A DNA stretch of 64,000 nucleotides from an uncultured Candidatus Marinamargulisbacteria bacterium (GCA_964643725.1 CAZXTL010000003.1:34555-98554), one strand, 5' to 3'; counted from the stretch's first letter, positions 9,105 through 19,588 are shown. Numbers and translations are program-made. Notes: generated by a model from the sequence alone, not told the origin.

Positions 9105-10781
9105 TTATTTGCTCTGTATTTTTGCCCAGGTATCTTTTAGAGTGATTATTCGATTAAAAACAGGCTTCCCAGTACTGGAATATTTTCTGTCTACGCAAAA
9201 ATAAGCATTACGTAGGAACTGGTAAGGGACACCGACTTTTGCTTCAGTTAAGCCTGGTTCAATATAGGCAGTAATTTTGCTAAACGAATTAGGATTTACT
9301 GTTTCTATCCAATCTTTTCCTTCAGGAACAGCATAAGGATCTTCTTGTGCGAATAGGTGCTCATATAGTCTAACTTCAGCTTCTTTAGCGTGTTTAATGG
9401 AAACCCAATGAAGAGTTCCTTTTACTTTTCTGCCATCAGTACTATTACCACTTTTAGTTGAAGGGTCATATGTACAATGTATTTGTGTTATGTTTTCTTT
9501 ATCATCCTTAACAATACTTGTGCAGGTTACAAAGTAGGCATGTTTTAATCTTACTTCTTTTCCAATTGATAAACGAAAGAAATTCTTTGGTGCATCTTCC
9601 ATAAAGTCACATCTTTCAATGTAGAGTTCTTTTGAAAAAGCTATTTCTCTTGTTCCTGAATTTTCTTCTTCAGGATTATTGTCAGCATCTACCAATTCTT
9701 CTTGATTATCAGGGTAGTTATCAATTATTAGCTTCAGTGGATCTAGCACTGCCATTCTTCTTTGAGCCTTTTTATTAAGGTCATCTCGAAGAAAATATTC
9801 TAGTAATGCGAAATCAATAGTACTATACATTCTGTTAACCCCAATACGATCAGCCAATGCTTTAATTGCGTCAGGAGTATAGCCTCTGCGTCTCATGCCA
9901 GCAATAGTTGGCATTCTTGGGTCATCCCAGCCATCTACTATTTTTTCTTGTACTAGTCTGAGCAACATTCTTTTGCTCATAACTGTGTAACTAAGATTTA
10001 ATCTAGCAAATTCAATTTGTCTAGGCTTTGATGGTACAGGAAGATTACTTAAAAACCATTCATAAAGAGGTCTATGGTCTTCAAATTCTAAGGTACAAAT
10101 AGAGTGAGTAATATGTTCAATTGAATCTGATTGGCCGTGAGTAAAGTCATACATAGGGTAAATACACCATTTTTTCCCAGTTCTAGGATGTTCAGCATGT
10201 TTGATTCGATAGAGCACAGGGTCTCTCATGTTTAGGTTTGGTGAAGACATATCTATTTTAGCTCTTAGAACTTTGTCGCCATCTTTAAACTCGCCAGTTT
10301 TCATTTTATTGAAGAGATTTAGGTTTTCTTCAATAGTTCTAGCTCTGAAAGGGCTTTCTTTGCCTGGCTGGGTTAATGTTCCACGATATTCACGTATCTG
10401 TTCTGCTGTTAAATCTTCGATATAAGCTTTACCTTCTTTAATTAGAAGAACAGCCCATTCATATAATTGGTCAAAATAATCTGATGCATAATAGATGTGG
10501 TTACCCCAATCAAATCCAAGCCATTTGATATCTTCCTGAATAGCATTAATGTATTCCATTTCTTCTTTTTCTGGATTAGTGTCATCAAAACGCAAATTGC
10601 ATCGTCCACCGAATTTCTGTGGAAGACCAAAGTTAAGACAAATAGATTTTGCATGTCCTATATGTAAGTAGCCATTTGGTTCAGGAGGGAATCTGCTAAT
10701 AACTTCATGGTGTTTTCCTGTGGCCAAATCCTCGGTGACTATTTGTTCAATAAAGTTAAGACTTTTTTCTTGGATTTCCAT
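9105..10781 (-). CDS. glnS: Glutamine--tRNA ligase
   Basis: [38 protein letters not shown]; start moved to ATG 10781. Confidence 0.96.
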   Translation of the reverse strand: MEIQEKSLNFIEQIVTEDLATGKHHEVISRFPPEPNGYLHIGHAKSICLNFGLPQKFGGRCNLRFDDTNPEKEEMEYINAIQEDIKWLGFDWGNHIYYASDYFDQLYEWAVLLIKEGKAYIEDLTAEQIREYRGTLTQPGKESPFRARTIEENLNLFNKMKTGEFKDGDKVLRAKIDMSSPNLNMRDPVLYRIKHAEHPRTGKKWCIYPMYDFTHGQSDSIEHITHSICTLEFEDHRPLYEWFLSNLPVPSKPRQIEFARLNLSYTVMSKRMLLRLVQEKIVDGWDDPRMPTIAGMRRRGYTPDAIKALADRIGVNRMYSTIDFALLEYFLRDDLNKKAQRRMAVLDPLKLIIDNYPDNQEELVDADNNPEEENSGTREIAFSKELYIERCDFMEDAPKNFFRLSIGKEVRLKHAYFVTCTSIVKDDKENITQIHCTYDPSTKSGNSTDGRKVKGTLHWVSIKHAKEAEVRLYEHLFAQEDPYAVPEGKDWIETVNPNSFSKITAYIEPGLTEAKVGVPYQFLRNAYFCVDRKYSSTGKPVFNRIITLKDTWAKIQSK

Positions 10782-10923
10782 GTTGGTTGATATTCTATCA
10801 TGAATTAATTGTTTTTTAATTTGAATTTTAACAAATAAACACCTAAACCACACTACGCCTTTTGCTAACACAAAAGAGCTTCGAGGGGCTGGCAAATAAG
10901 CAAATATACATTACAATACTGAT

Positions 10924-11964
10924 ATGAATCCAAGTGCAAAGCTTTTATTTAAGAAACTTTTTAACGCAATCTTTATGACAGTAGCTTTTGTGTTAGCAGT
11001 AAGTGTAGGGTATAAGTTTTTGTTCCCTGATGCTTCTTTTATGAAATGTCTTTTTGCAACTATTACAACAGTTACTACTGTTGGGTTTGAGGATTTATTG
11101 GGTGTCTCTGGTAATGACATAACGATTATATATACTATCTTTGTTATATTAATTGGATTAAGTTTGGTTTTATATTGTATTTCTGTCATTACAGCAGTGA
11201 TGATAGAGGGACATTTATATTCGATACTCACGGAAAGATACGCTAAAAGGAGGGCAGGTAAAATGAAAGGTCATGTAATAGTATGTGGAGCAGGAACAAC
11301 TTCTTATCATGTAATTGAGAATATATATCAAGAAGGTAAGCAGTTTATTGTTATTGATAATAATCAGGACAATATTCAAAAGTTGAAGCAGTCATTTAAG
11401 GATATAGTTGTTTTGTTAGGAGATGGTACTTCTGAAGATGTATTAAAGTCAGCAAATATTGATGAAGCAGCTACATTGGTTGCAATTCTTTCCAATGATA
11501 GAGACAATCTGTTTCTGACAATAACTGCTAAAATGATGAACCCTAATATTCAAGTAATTTCAAGGGCGATTGATTTTAGTATGCAAAGTAAATTTAAAAT
11601 AGCCGGAGCCAATTATGTTGTTTCTCCAAACTATATTGGTGGGCATAGAATTGCTGCTAGGATAATTAACCCAAACATTCAAGGTTTTTTAGAAACCATT
11701 ATTAAGCAAGATAGTGATAAATCTATTAATCTATATCATGTAACAATACCAGAGAATAGTAATCTTGTTGGTAAAAAACTTATGGATTCAGAAATTTCAA
11801 AAAAAACTGGTCTAAATGTTATATCCTATTCTCCAGATGGTAAAACAGAGGATTATATTTTTAATCCGTCTGCAGAGTTGGAAATAAAGCCAGGCTCTAT
11901 GTTATTATTTATTGGATCATTGGAACAAAAAACAAAACTTGAGGAATTGGTAGGGAATAAATAA
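10924..11964 (+). CDS. Potassium channel protein with TrkA-N/TrkA-C (RCK) domains
   Basis: TVTTVGFED pore signature, HVIVCGAG Rossmann fold, C-terminal TrkA-C. Confidence 0.9.
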   Translation: MNPSAKLLFKKLFNAIFMTVAFVLAVSVGYKFLFPDASFMKCLFATITTVTTVGFEDLLGVSGNDITIIYTIFVILIGLSLVLYCISVITAVMIEGHLYSILTERYAKRRAGKMKGHVIVCGAGTTSYHVIENIYQEGKQFIVIDNNQDNIQKLKQSFKDIVVLLGDGTSEDVLKSANIDEAATLVAILSNDRDNLFLTITAKMMNPNIQVISRAIDFSMQSKFKIAGANYVVSPNYIGGHRIAARIINPNIQGFLETIIKQDSDKSINLYHVTIPENSNLVGKKLMDSEISKKTGLNVISYSPDGKTEDYIFNPSAELEIKPGSMLLFIGSLEQKTKLEELVGNK

Positions 11965-13248
11965 GTGGTCAATTGTTGGGATAAAACTAATGAATTTTTA
12001 TCAGCTGAGGATATTAAAGATAAGCAACTAGCTTTACTTAATAAGTCGCTGGGCCGTGCAAAGAATTCAGAATATTATAAAAAAACTTTCTCTGGTTTAA
12101 AGAGTTTTGCATCCTTAAAAGAGTTAGAAAACATAGCATTTATTACCAAGGAAGATCTTCGAGATAATTTCCCTTATGGTTTGGTTGCAGTTGATAAATC
12201 AGAGCTGGTAAGACTTCATTCTTCATCAGGAACGACAGGTACTCCAACTGTTGTTTATTATACAAAAAAGGATTTGGATGATTGGTCAGAGCTTATTTCC
12301 AGATGTATGGTTATGACTGGTGCAACTAAAGAAGATGTTTTTCAGAATACTATGGGCCACGGACTTTTTACAGGTGGACTTGGATTTCATTATGGTGCAG
12401 AAAAAGTTGGAATGCTAACTATTCCCTTTGGTCCAGGCAATAGTCCTAGACAAATATGGTTCATGAAAGAATTCGGGGTAACGGTTGTGCATATTTTGCC
12501 AAGTTATGCGATGCACCTTTATTCTAGCTTTAGTGAGCTTGGAATGGATCCTAAAGAATTTAAACTAAAGACAGCTTATATTGGAGCTGAACCTCATTCA
12601 GAAGAAATGAGAAGACAGATAGAGCAATTGTATGGAATAAAGGCATATAATTCTTATGGGCTTTCAGAAATGTGCGGTCCTGGTGTTGCTTTTGAGTGTG
12701 AATATCAAAATGGCATGCATATTTGGGAAGACCATTTTTATGCAGAAATAATTGACCCTGATACAGGTAAAGTTCTCCCTGATGGTGAGGAGGGTGAATT
12801 GGTTCTTACTACTTTGCAGAAAGAAGCTATGCCCTTGTTTCGTTATAGAACGAAAGATCTTACTAAGTTCATCTCAGAGCCGTGTGAGTGTGGAAGATTT
12901 CATAAAAGGATAGACAGAATAAAAGGACGTACAGATGATATGTTAATTCTTAACGGAGTTAATACTTTCCCAATTCAGATCGAAAAAGCATTAATGACAG
13001 TTGACGGTATAGGTAGAAACTATAAGATTGAGGTTCACAAACGAGGATACATGGATAAATTGGTGGTGTATGCTGAATTAACAGAGGAGTCATTTACTGA
13101 TAATTTTAAGGATTTAGAGAGACTTAAATCAAAAGTTGTAGATTCTTTGAAAAGCGAATTATTATTAACACCAGAGGTGCATTTGGTTAGACCTGATTCA
13201 ATAGAGGTGCTACCTGGGAAAGTTAAACGTGTTTTTGACATGAGATGA
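11965..13248 (+). CDS. paaK: Phenylacetate--CoA ligase family protein
   Basis: HSSSGTTG, GLFTGGLG, YGLSEMCGPG, RYRTKD, GRTDDM. Confidence 0.88.
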   Translation: MVNCWDKTNEFLSAEDIKDKQLALLNKSLGRAKNSEYYKKTFSGLKSFASLKELENIAFITKEDLRDNFPYGLVAVDKSELVRLHSSSGTTGTPTVVYYTKKDLDDWSELISRCMVMTGATKEDVFQNTMGHGLFTGGLGFHYGAEKVGMLTIPFGPGNSPRQIWFMKEFGVTVVHILPSYAMHLYSSFSELGMDPKEFKLKTAYIGAEPHSEEMRRQIEQLYGIKAYNSYGLSEMCGPGVAFECEYQNGMHIWEDHFYAEIIDPDTGKVLPDGEEGELVLTTLQKEAMPLFRYRTKDLTKFISEPCECGRFHKRIDRIKGRTDDMLILNGVNTFPIQIEKALMTVDGIGRNYKIEVHKRGYMDKLVVYAELTEESFTDNFKDLERLKSKVVDSLKSELLLTPEVHLVRPDSIEVLPGKVKRVFDMR

Positions 13249-13270
13249 TCTTAAACTTATACTATAACAA

Positions 13271-13295
13271 GTCATTCCCGCGAAGGCGGGAATCT
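13271..13295 (+). repeat. REP-type palindrome GTCATTCCCGCGAAGGCGGGAATC (dRS3/RPE-like family)
   Basis: attcccgc-gaag-gcgggaat hairpin; second copy inverted at 19531-19555. Confidence 0.8.
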
Positions 13296-13329
13296 GTTTT
13301 TTGGATTTGAAAATATAAAAGAGGTAATT

Positions 13330-14952
13330 ATGATAGAAAATGTATTATTATCGGGAAATGAAGCAATAGCAAGAGGTGCTTATGAAGCAGGCGTTAAAGT
13401 TGGGGTAGGTTATCCAGGAACACCTTCAACTGAGATTATAGAAAATTTTACTAAATATGATGATGTTGTTACTGAATGGTCAGTCAACGAAAAGGTGGCA
13501 ATGGAAGTTGGTCTTGGCTCAGCATTGGCTGGTAAAAGAACCTTAATAACCATGAAGCATGTTGGGCTTAATGTTGCCGCTGATCCTATATTTACAGCAT
13601 CTTATATTGGAGCAAATGCTGGCATGGTAGTTGTCGTTGCGGATGATCCAGACCTTCATTCTTCTCAGAATGAGCAAGACAGTAGACATTATGCGAGAGC
13701 TGCAAAAGTAGCGATGATTGAACCTTCTGATTCACAAGAAGCAAAGGATTTTGTTAGAATTGCTTGTGAGCTTAGTGAGGGCTTCGATACCCCTATATTT
13801 TTAAGAACAGTTACTAGAATATCTCATTCAAAAACAATAGTTGAGCTTGAAAAGAAACTTGATTATAAGCATGACAAAGGTTTTGAGAAAGAGAATATTC
13901 GTAAACATGTAATGATTCCTGCCTTTGCAAGACAACGACATTTTGTAGTTGAAGATAGGATGCAAGCACTTGAAGAATTTTCTAATAGAATTGAGATAAA
14001 TAGAATTGATAAAGGTAACGGTAAGATAGCAATTATAACCTCAGGTCTTTGTTATAATTATGTAAAAGATGTTCTTCCAGAAGCTGATGTTTTTAAAATA
14101 GGGATGATTTATCCTTTACCAATCCGTAAGTTAATAGAATTTTGTAAAGGATATAAAAAGGTATATGTTGTTGAGGAATTAGATCCTTTTATTGAAGACC
14201 AGCTAAAGGCTAAAGGGGTTACAAATCTTGTAGGAAAAGAAATAATGCCAATTACTGGAGAGTATAGTCCAGAGCTTATTTATACTGCAATTACTGGTAA
14301 TAAATTTACAAAAGAAATAACTATAGATATAACACCTTTTCCAAGACCACCAATGCTTTGTCCGGGATGTCCGCATGCTCAGACTTTTAATGTGTTAAAT
14401 AAATTAGGACTTACTGTCAGTGGAGATATCGGTTGTTATACTTTGGGCGCACTGCCACCATATTCTGCGATGCATGCTTGTGTGGATATGGGTGCTAGTT
14501 TGCCTGTTGCTCAAGGAATTGAAATCGCGCAGGGAAGTGAGTTTAAGAACGATATAGTTGCTGTTATCGGTGATTCTACTTTTGCCCATTCAGGCATAAC
14601 AGGTCTTATAAATGCTGCATATAATAAACGAAATACTTTGGTGATAATTTTAGATAATAGCACAACAGCCATGACTGGTATGCAGCCTAATCCTTGTAAT
14701 GGTTTTAATATAAGGGGTGAAGAAACAGTTGTTATTAATTATCAGAAATTAGCAGAGGCTATTGGGATAAAAAAAGATAATTTTAGGGAAGTTACTGCTT
14801 ATAAGGAAGCGGATATTTCTGCTACTGTTCAGGAGCTTTTGGCTAAGAAAGAACTTTGTGTAATGGTTGTAACGGGGGCATGTTTGATATATAAGAGGAA
14901 AAAGGAAAAGGTTGAAGGAAATGACAAATGTCAAAACTCAAATGGCAAATAA
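13330..14952 (+). CDS. iorA: Indolepyruvate ferredoxin oxidoreductase alpha subunit (short form, no C-terminal ferredoxin domain)
   Basis: GNEAIARG, YPGTPSTEI, MKHVGLNVAAD, CPGCPH, GDIGCY, GDSTFAHSG. Confidence 0.92.
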   Translation: MIENVLLSGNEAIARGAYEAGVKVGVGYPGTPSTEIIENFTKYDDVVTEWSVNEKVAMEVGLGSALAGKRTLITMKHVGLNVAADPIFTASYIGANAGMVVVVADDPDLHSSQNEQDSRHYARAAKVAMIEPSDSQEAKDFVRIACELSEGFDTPIFLRTVTRISHSKTIVELEKKLDYKHDKGFEKENIRKHVMIPAFARQRHFVVEDRMQALEEFSNRIEINRIDKGNGKIAIITSGLCYNYVKDVLPEADVFKIGMIYPLPIRKLIEFCKGYKKVYVVEELDPFIEDQLKAKGVTNLVGKEIMPITGEYSPELIYTAITGNKFTKEITIDITPFPRPPMLCPGCPHAQTFNVLNKLGLTVSGDIGCYTLGALPPYSAMHACVDMGASLPVAQGIEIAQGSEFKNDIVAVIGDSTFAHSGITGLINAAYNKRNTLVIILDNSTTAMTGMQPNPCNGFNIRGEETVVINYQKLAEAIGIKKDNFREVTAYKEADISATVQELLAKKELCVMVVTGACLIYKRKKEKVEGNDKCQNSNGK

Positions 14953-15069
14953 ATCGAAAAATGCCAAATCCTTAAATGGTGAGAAGTAAACAGTGAATGT
15001 GAAAGAAAAATATTTGGGTTTTAGTGATTTATAAATTAATTTGGATTTTGTCATTTGGTTTTTGGATTT
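14918..15069. repeat. Degenerate heptamer (CAAATGN / TTTGGAT) inverted tandem array
   Basis: Left arm aaatgacaaatgtcaaaactcaaatggcaaat, right arm atttggattttgtcatttggtttttggattt; related tracts at 45757-45850, 47011-47155, 60996-61044. Confidence 0.65.
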
Positions 15070-15122
15070 ATTATTAAAAAGGTTTTTAAATCTGGAAACT
15101 AGATAGTGAAAGGTGATAAATA

Positions 15123-15692
15123 ATGGATAAGATAAAGAATATTTTAATGGTAGGTGTAGGTGGGCAAGGGATAGTTACTGCAAGTGACATTTTATCTGAA
15201 GCAGCACTTTTGGATGGTCATGATGTAAAAAAATCTGAAATACATGGCATGAGTCAACGTGGTGGGTCTGTGTTTAGTCATATCAGGTATGGAGAAAAGG
15301 TGTATTCTCCTACCATTAAGATTGGAGAAGCTGATATTTTATTATCTTTAGAAATAGTTGAGACACTTAGATGGCTTGCTTTTACTCGAAAAAGTACGAA
15401 GTTAATAGTTTCAGAAACTAAAATACAGCCACAAACAGTTAAGGAATATCCTGAAGGAATTATTGAAAGTTTACAGTTAAATTTTAAGGATTTGTATTTA
15501 GTAAACCCAATTGAGATAAATAAAAAGAATGGTGATCACAAAGTTCTTAATACTACTTTACTTGGGATACTCTCTAAGTTAATTGATATTAGTGATGCAT
15601 CTTGGGAAAAAGCAATGGAAATGCTTGTTCCAAAAGGTACTTTTGAGAGTAATTTAAAAGCTTTTAGATTAGGCAAAGAACTTTTTTCTTAA
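15123..15692 (+). CDS. iorB: Indolepyruvate ferredoxin oxidoreductase beta subunit
   Basis: GVGGQG, KKSEIHGMSQRGGSV, NLKAFRLG. Confidence 0.92.
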   Translation: MDKIKNILMVGVGGQGIVTASDILSEAALLDGHDVKKSEIHGMSQRGGSVFSHIRYGEKVYSPTIKIGEADILLSLEIVETLRWLAFTRKSTKLIVSETKIQPQTVKEYPEGIIESLQLNFKDLYLVNPIEINKKNGDHKVLNTTLLGILSKLIDISDASWEKAMEMLVPKGTFESNLKAFRLGKELFS

Positions 15693-15710
15693 TTAAGGGA
15701 GGGTTAATCA

Positions 15711-17003
15711 ATGTGGAATAAAAATGCAGAAACACTAAGTGTAACCAAATTACGTTCACAGCAAACAAATTCACTTAAGGCATTAGTTAAGCAGGTTTAT
15801 AATGTTCCATTTTATAAGAAAAAAATGGATGAAATGAATGTTAAGCCAAGCGACATTAAGTCAATTGATGATATTACCAAATTACCATTTACAACAAAAA
15901 TAGATATGAGAGATGTTTATCCTTGGGGCCTTTGTGCTTGTGATAAGGATGATATTGTAGAAGTACACATGTCCTCAGGAACTACAGGTGCTCCAATTGT
16001 AGACGCTTACACTTTAAACGATATTGAGATTTGGTCAGAAGTTATGGCCAGAACACTTTCTATGGGCGGAGTTACTAAGGAAGATATAGTTCAGAATGCT
16101 TATGGGTATGGGTTATTTACCGGAGGGTTTGGAGTACATTATGGTTCTAGGAAAATAGGATGTTGTACAATTCCTATTTCTGGTGGAAATACTCAAAGGC
16201 AATTACAAGTTATGAAGGATTTTGGTTCAACCGTTCTTACTTGTACCCCTTCTTATTCTTTATATCTTGCAGAAGCAGGCAGAGAAATGGGTATAGATTT
16301 TTCCAAGATGCCGCTTAAGGCAGGATTTTTTGGTGCAGAAGCTTGGAGCGAAACAATGAGAGTAGAGATCGAGGCAAAATTACATCTAAAAGCTTACGAT
16401 ATTTATGGACTAACAGAAATTATTGGTCCAGGTGTTGCTGCGGAATGTGAATGTCAAAAAGGATTACATGTTTTTGAAGATCATTTTTATCCTGAGATAA
16501 TAGACCCTGAAACAGGTGAAGTGCTTCCTGATGGAGAAAAAGGGGAGCTAGTATTTACTACTCTAACTAAGACAGGCACGCCTATACTTAGGTATAGAAC
16601 AAGGGACATTACCTATATTTTTAAAGAACCTTGTGAGTGTGGCAGAACCCATAGAAGGATACACAGACTCTTAGGACGAACTGATGATATGCTTATCATT
16701 AGGGGCGTAAATATTTTCCCTTCACAGATAGAGAATGTACTATTAAAACAAGAAGGCATTGAGCCTCATTATTTGCTTATTATAGATAGGGTGAATAACC
16801 TTGATTGTCTTGAGGTAAATGTGGAGATGAGTGATGAATTAGGGTTTGATGAAGTAAAGGTTATAGAGAAGATTGAACAAACTATAGAGCATGCACTTCA
16901 TAATGAATTATTAATATTCGCCAAGGTGAAACTTGTAGAACCAAAAAGTATTCAACGTTCCGAAGGAAAAGCTAAGCGTATTGTTGATAACAGAAAGATT
17001 TAG
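15711..17003 (+). CDS. paaK: Phenylacetate--CoA ligase family protein (second paralog)
   Basis: HMSSGTTG, YGYGLFTGG, DIYGLTEIIGPG, GRTDDMLIIRG. Confidence 0.9.
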   Translation: MWNKNAETLSVTKLRSQQTNSLKALVKQVYNVPFYKKKMDEMNVKPSDIKSIDDITKLPFTTKIDMRDVYPWGLCACDKDDIVEVHMSSGTTGAPIVDAYTLNDIEIWSEVMARTLSMGGVTKEDIVQNAYGYGLFTGGFGVHYGSRKIGCCTIPISGGNTQRQLQVMKDFGSTVLTCTPSYSLYLAEAGREMGIDFSKMPLKAGFFGAEAWSETMRVEIEAKLHLKAYDIYGLTEIIGPGVAAECECQKGLHVFEDHFYPEIIDPETGEVLPDGEKGELVFTTLTKTGTPILRYRTRDITYIFKEPCECGRTHRRIHRLLGRTDDMLIIRGVNIFPSQIENVLLKQEGIEPHYLLIIDRVNNLDCLEVNVEMSDELGFDEVKVIEKIEQTIEHALHNELLIFAKVKLVEPKSIQRSEGKAKRIVDNRKI

Positions 17004-17012
17004 GAGGCAAAA

Positions 17013-17441
17013 ATGATTAAGCAAATATCAGTTTTTATGGAAAATAAGCCAGGTAGATTATTAGAGGTCACTAAGTTATTAGCAAGTAATAAGGTAAATA
17101 TTCGTACGCTTTCCTTGGCTGATACAGCTGAATTTGGTATTGCTAGACTTATTGTTGATAATCCTGAGTCAGTTGTTGAGCTTCTTAAAAATAATCGTTT
17201 TACTGCTAGGATAACACCTGTATTAGCTGTAGAAGTTCCTGATGATGCAGGAGGACTTGCAAAAGTATTAGAAGTTTTTTCTGATGCTGGCATTAATGTA
17301 GAGTATATGTATGGTTTTGTAGAGAAAAGACATCCAGATAAAGCGTTGTTAGTGTTTAAGGTAGAAGATCCTGCTCGCGCAAAAGATCAATTAGTAGCTA
17401 AAGGACTAATCGTTGTTTCTGAAAAAGATATTATTTCCTAA
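17013..17441 (+). CDS. ACT domain-containing protein (PaaK/Ior-associated)
   Basis: MIKQISVFMENKPGRL, LADTAEFGIARLIV, NVEYMY tandem ACT repeats. Confidence 0.9.
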   Translation: MIKQISVFMENKPGRLLEVTKLLASNKVNIRTLSLADTAEFGIARLIVDNPESVVELLKNNRFTARITPVLAVEVPDDAGGLAKVLEVFSDAGINVEYMYGFVEKRHPDKALLVFKVEDPARAKDQLVAKGLIVVSEKDIIS

Positions 17442-18304
17442 TGCAATATTTGGTTAAGATTTTAACTGATCATGATTATTTAGAATTATTGGAAGCATTT
17501 TTAAATCTATCAAATTATACTTTTTCAGTAGAGTTGTTTCCTGGGTTAGAATTAAAAGACACCTCATTTAATGTCTATAGTGAGAGCGCAGATGCTCAGT
17601 CGGAGATATTTGACGCAGTTAGTTCTTTTGTTTTAGAAAATGACAATATGGAGCGTATAACGCTTCTAAAAGAAACATTAGAAGACAAGGACTGGCAAGA
17701 ATCATGGAAAAAACATTTTAAACCTATAATTGCTGGAAGATTAGTTGTTGGTATTTCAGAAGAAGATCTTGCTTTGATTGATAAAGTTAAGGTTGTTATA
17801 GATCCAGGTATGGCTTTCGGTAATGGTTCTCACCCAACCACTAAAGGTTGTTTGATTCAAATTGATTGTTATCTTCAACCAGGCATGAAGGTGTTGGATT
17901 TTGGTGCAGGTTCTGGAGTGCTTGCAATTGCATGCGATAAATTAGGTGCAGATTTTGTAGATGCTGTGGACAATGATGCTGTAGCTGTTGAATCTTGCAA
18001 AAGAAATGTAATAAATAATGAATCGAAAGTGAATGTTTATACATCAGATGAGTTTCAGATAAGAAAAGATTATAACTTTGTAATAGCTAATATTACTGTA
18101 GATATAATAATTCAGTTTTTTAAATATTTCACAGAAGGACAGCAATCTCTTAAATATGTTTTACTTTCTGGTATTAGTGACTATCGCAAATCACAAATGG
18201 ATATTTTTTTAAATACTGAAGGAATTATGCCAACAGATGTTTATGAAGATGATGGTTGGTACACTTATTTATTAACTTGTAACAAAACAGGAGGAATTAT
18301 ATGA
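17441..18304 (+). CDS. prmA: Ribosomal protein L11 methyltransferase
   Basis: DWQESWKKHF, IDPGMAFGNGSHPTT, VLDFGAGSGVL, ANI. Confidence 0.88.
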   Translation: MQYLVKILTDHDYLELLEAFLNLSNYTFSVELFPGLELKDTSFNVYSESADAQSEIFDAVSSFVLENDNMERITLLKETLEDKDWQESWKKHFKPIIAGRLVVGISEEDLALIDKVKVVIDPGMAFGNGSHPTTKGCLIQIDCYLQPGMKVLDFGAGSGVLAIACDKLGADFVDAVDNDAVAVESCKRNVINNESKVNVYTSDEFQIRKDYNFVIANITVDIIIQFFKYFTEGQQSLKYVLLSGISDYRKSQMDIFLNTEGIMPTDVYEDDGWYTYLLTCNKTGGII

Positions 18305-18870
18305 AAGTAGTTGGGATTAACGGAAGCGCAAGAAAAGATGGCAATACAGCAATATTAATAAATAAAGTTTTTGAAGAACTTAACAAAGAAGGAATCGAAA
18401 CAAAATTAATTCAACTTGCAGGTACCGGTCTGCATGGTTGTCGTGCTTGTTATAAATGTCTTGAAATGAAGAATAAGACTTGTGTTATTAAAGACGAACT
18501 TAATGGTTATATTAAAGAATTAGAAGAAGCTGACGGTATAATTCTAGGTTCTCCAGTTTATTTTGCTGATGTTACCTCAGAGATGAAGGCCTTCATTGAT
18601 AGAGTAGGGTTTGTTGTAAGGGCAAATGATGCCCTATTGAAGAGGAAAGTTGGCACTGCTGTAACAGCTGTAAGAAGAGCAGGGAGTCTTCATGCTTTTG
18701 ATTCTATGAATCACTTCTTTCAGATTAGTCAGATGTATATAGCTAGTAGTAACTATTGGAATCTTGGAGTTGGTGGTCCAGTGGGTACAGTATTAGATGA
18801 TGAAGAAGGCATGAAAACAATGCAGGTTTTGGGCCAAAATATGGCGTTTTTAATTAAGAAATTAAAATAG
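18301..18870 (+). CDS. Iron-sulfur flavoprotein / NADPH-dependent FMN reductase family
   Basis: INGSARKDGNT, CRACYKC...C cluster motif, LGSPVYF. Confidence 0.9.
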   Translation: MKVVGINGSARKDGNTAILINKVFEELNKEGIETKLIQLAGTGLHGCRACYKCLEMKNKTCVIKDELNGYIKELEEADGIILGSPVYFADVTSEMKAFIDRVGFVVRANDALLKRKVGTAVTAVRRAGSLHAFDSMNHFFQISQMYIASSNYWNLGVGGPVGTVLDDEEGMKTMQVLGQNMAFLIKKLK

Positions 18871-18879
18871 TTTTTTTTA

Positions 18880-19580
18880 TTAGTGTTGCTAACACTGGTT
18901 TATGAAAGGAGACTTTCTAATTCTTTATGTTAAGGTCACTCTTAGCTATCGCTTTCGAGGATTGCCGCTAAATTCGTTCCTCATTAAGCGGAGCAATTAC
19001 ATTGCCGGTCTTATTCCGCTAACCTCTCCCCGCAGAAGACACATTATTTTACTTAGGAACTAGGAGGCTGCGACCCTCTCCATTTCATTAATGAAACGGA
19101 GAGGGTGACGGCACCAATCTTCATTAAAATACACTTATGGCTTCCGTAGGTGAGGTTCATCGAAATATCTACGATTTTATATTCATACCCTTCGGGGGTA
19201 GCCGCTAAGTTCATACTTCACTAAGCGGAGCTACACAGGATAGCTCCGGGACTTTTGATTATAAATATAAAATCCGTCCCCGAGTAATGTTTGAACGACC
19301 TTAAATTGTAGGAATTACGAAATCATTTTATGAATTAGAACTCATGAAAATGATAGTGGAGCAATCCTCCCGGAGGCTATAAACCATATTGTAAAGAATA
19401 CGATTAATCACAGGGTGATGAAAAATTTCCCAAATTTTAGGGAGTGAGTTTTACAAGGGGACGAGGGGATCATAAGGGCTGCGGAAGCCCTTATAAAAAG
19501 AAATCAAAAAGTTTACTTTTAAATAGAAATAGATTCCCGCCTACGCGGGAATGACGTGATAAGTTAGTGCAACTAACAAA
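18880..19580. repeat. ~700-bp non-coding mosaic of nested hairpin repeats
   Basis: No long ORF; contains inverted scaffold copy, two covarying hairpins, a CCCTCTCC REP, long nested stems and a dRS3-like REP. Confidence 0.75.
19531..19555 (-). repeat. REP-type palindrome (same family as 13271-13295)
   Basis: agattcccgcctacgcgggaatgac is a reverse-complement variant. Confidence 0.8.
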
Positions 19581-19588
19581 TATAGAGT

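Noticed and set aside
10782-10895. N-terminal extensions of GlnRS (and similarly Wzz, YgiQ, RhlE)
   Set aside because: They are longest-ORF artefacts; family N-termini and promoter or SD positions point to downstream ATGs.
18928-18972. 14-aa ORF MLRSLLAIAFEDCR after AAAGGAG as a type I toxin
   Set aside because: The ATG is AAG in the other scaffold copy, SD spacing is too long, and most codons come from an inserted module.
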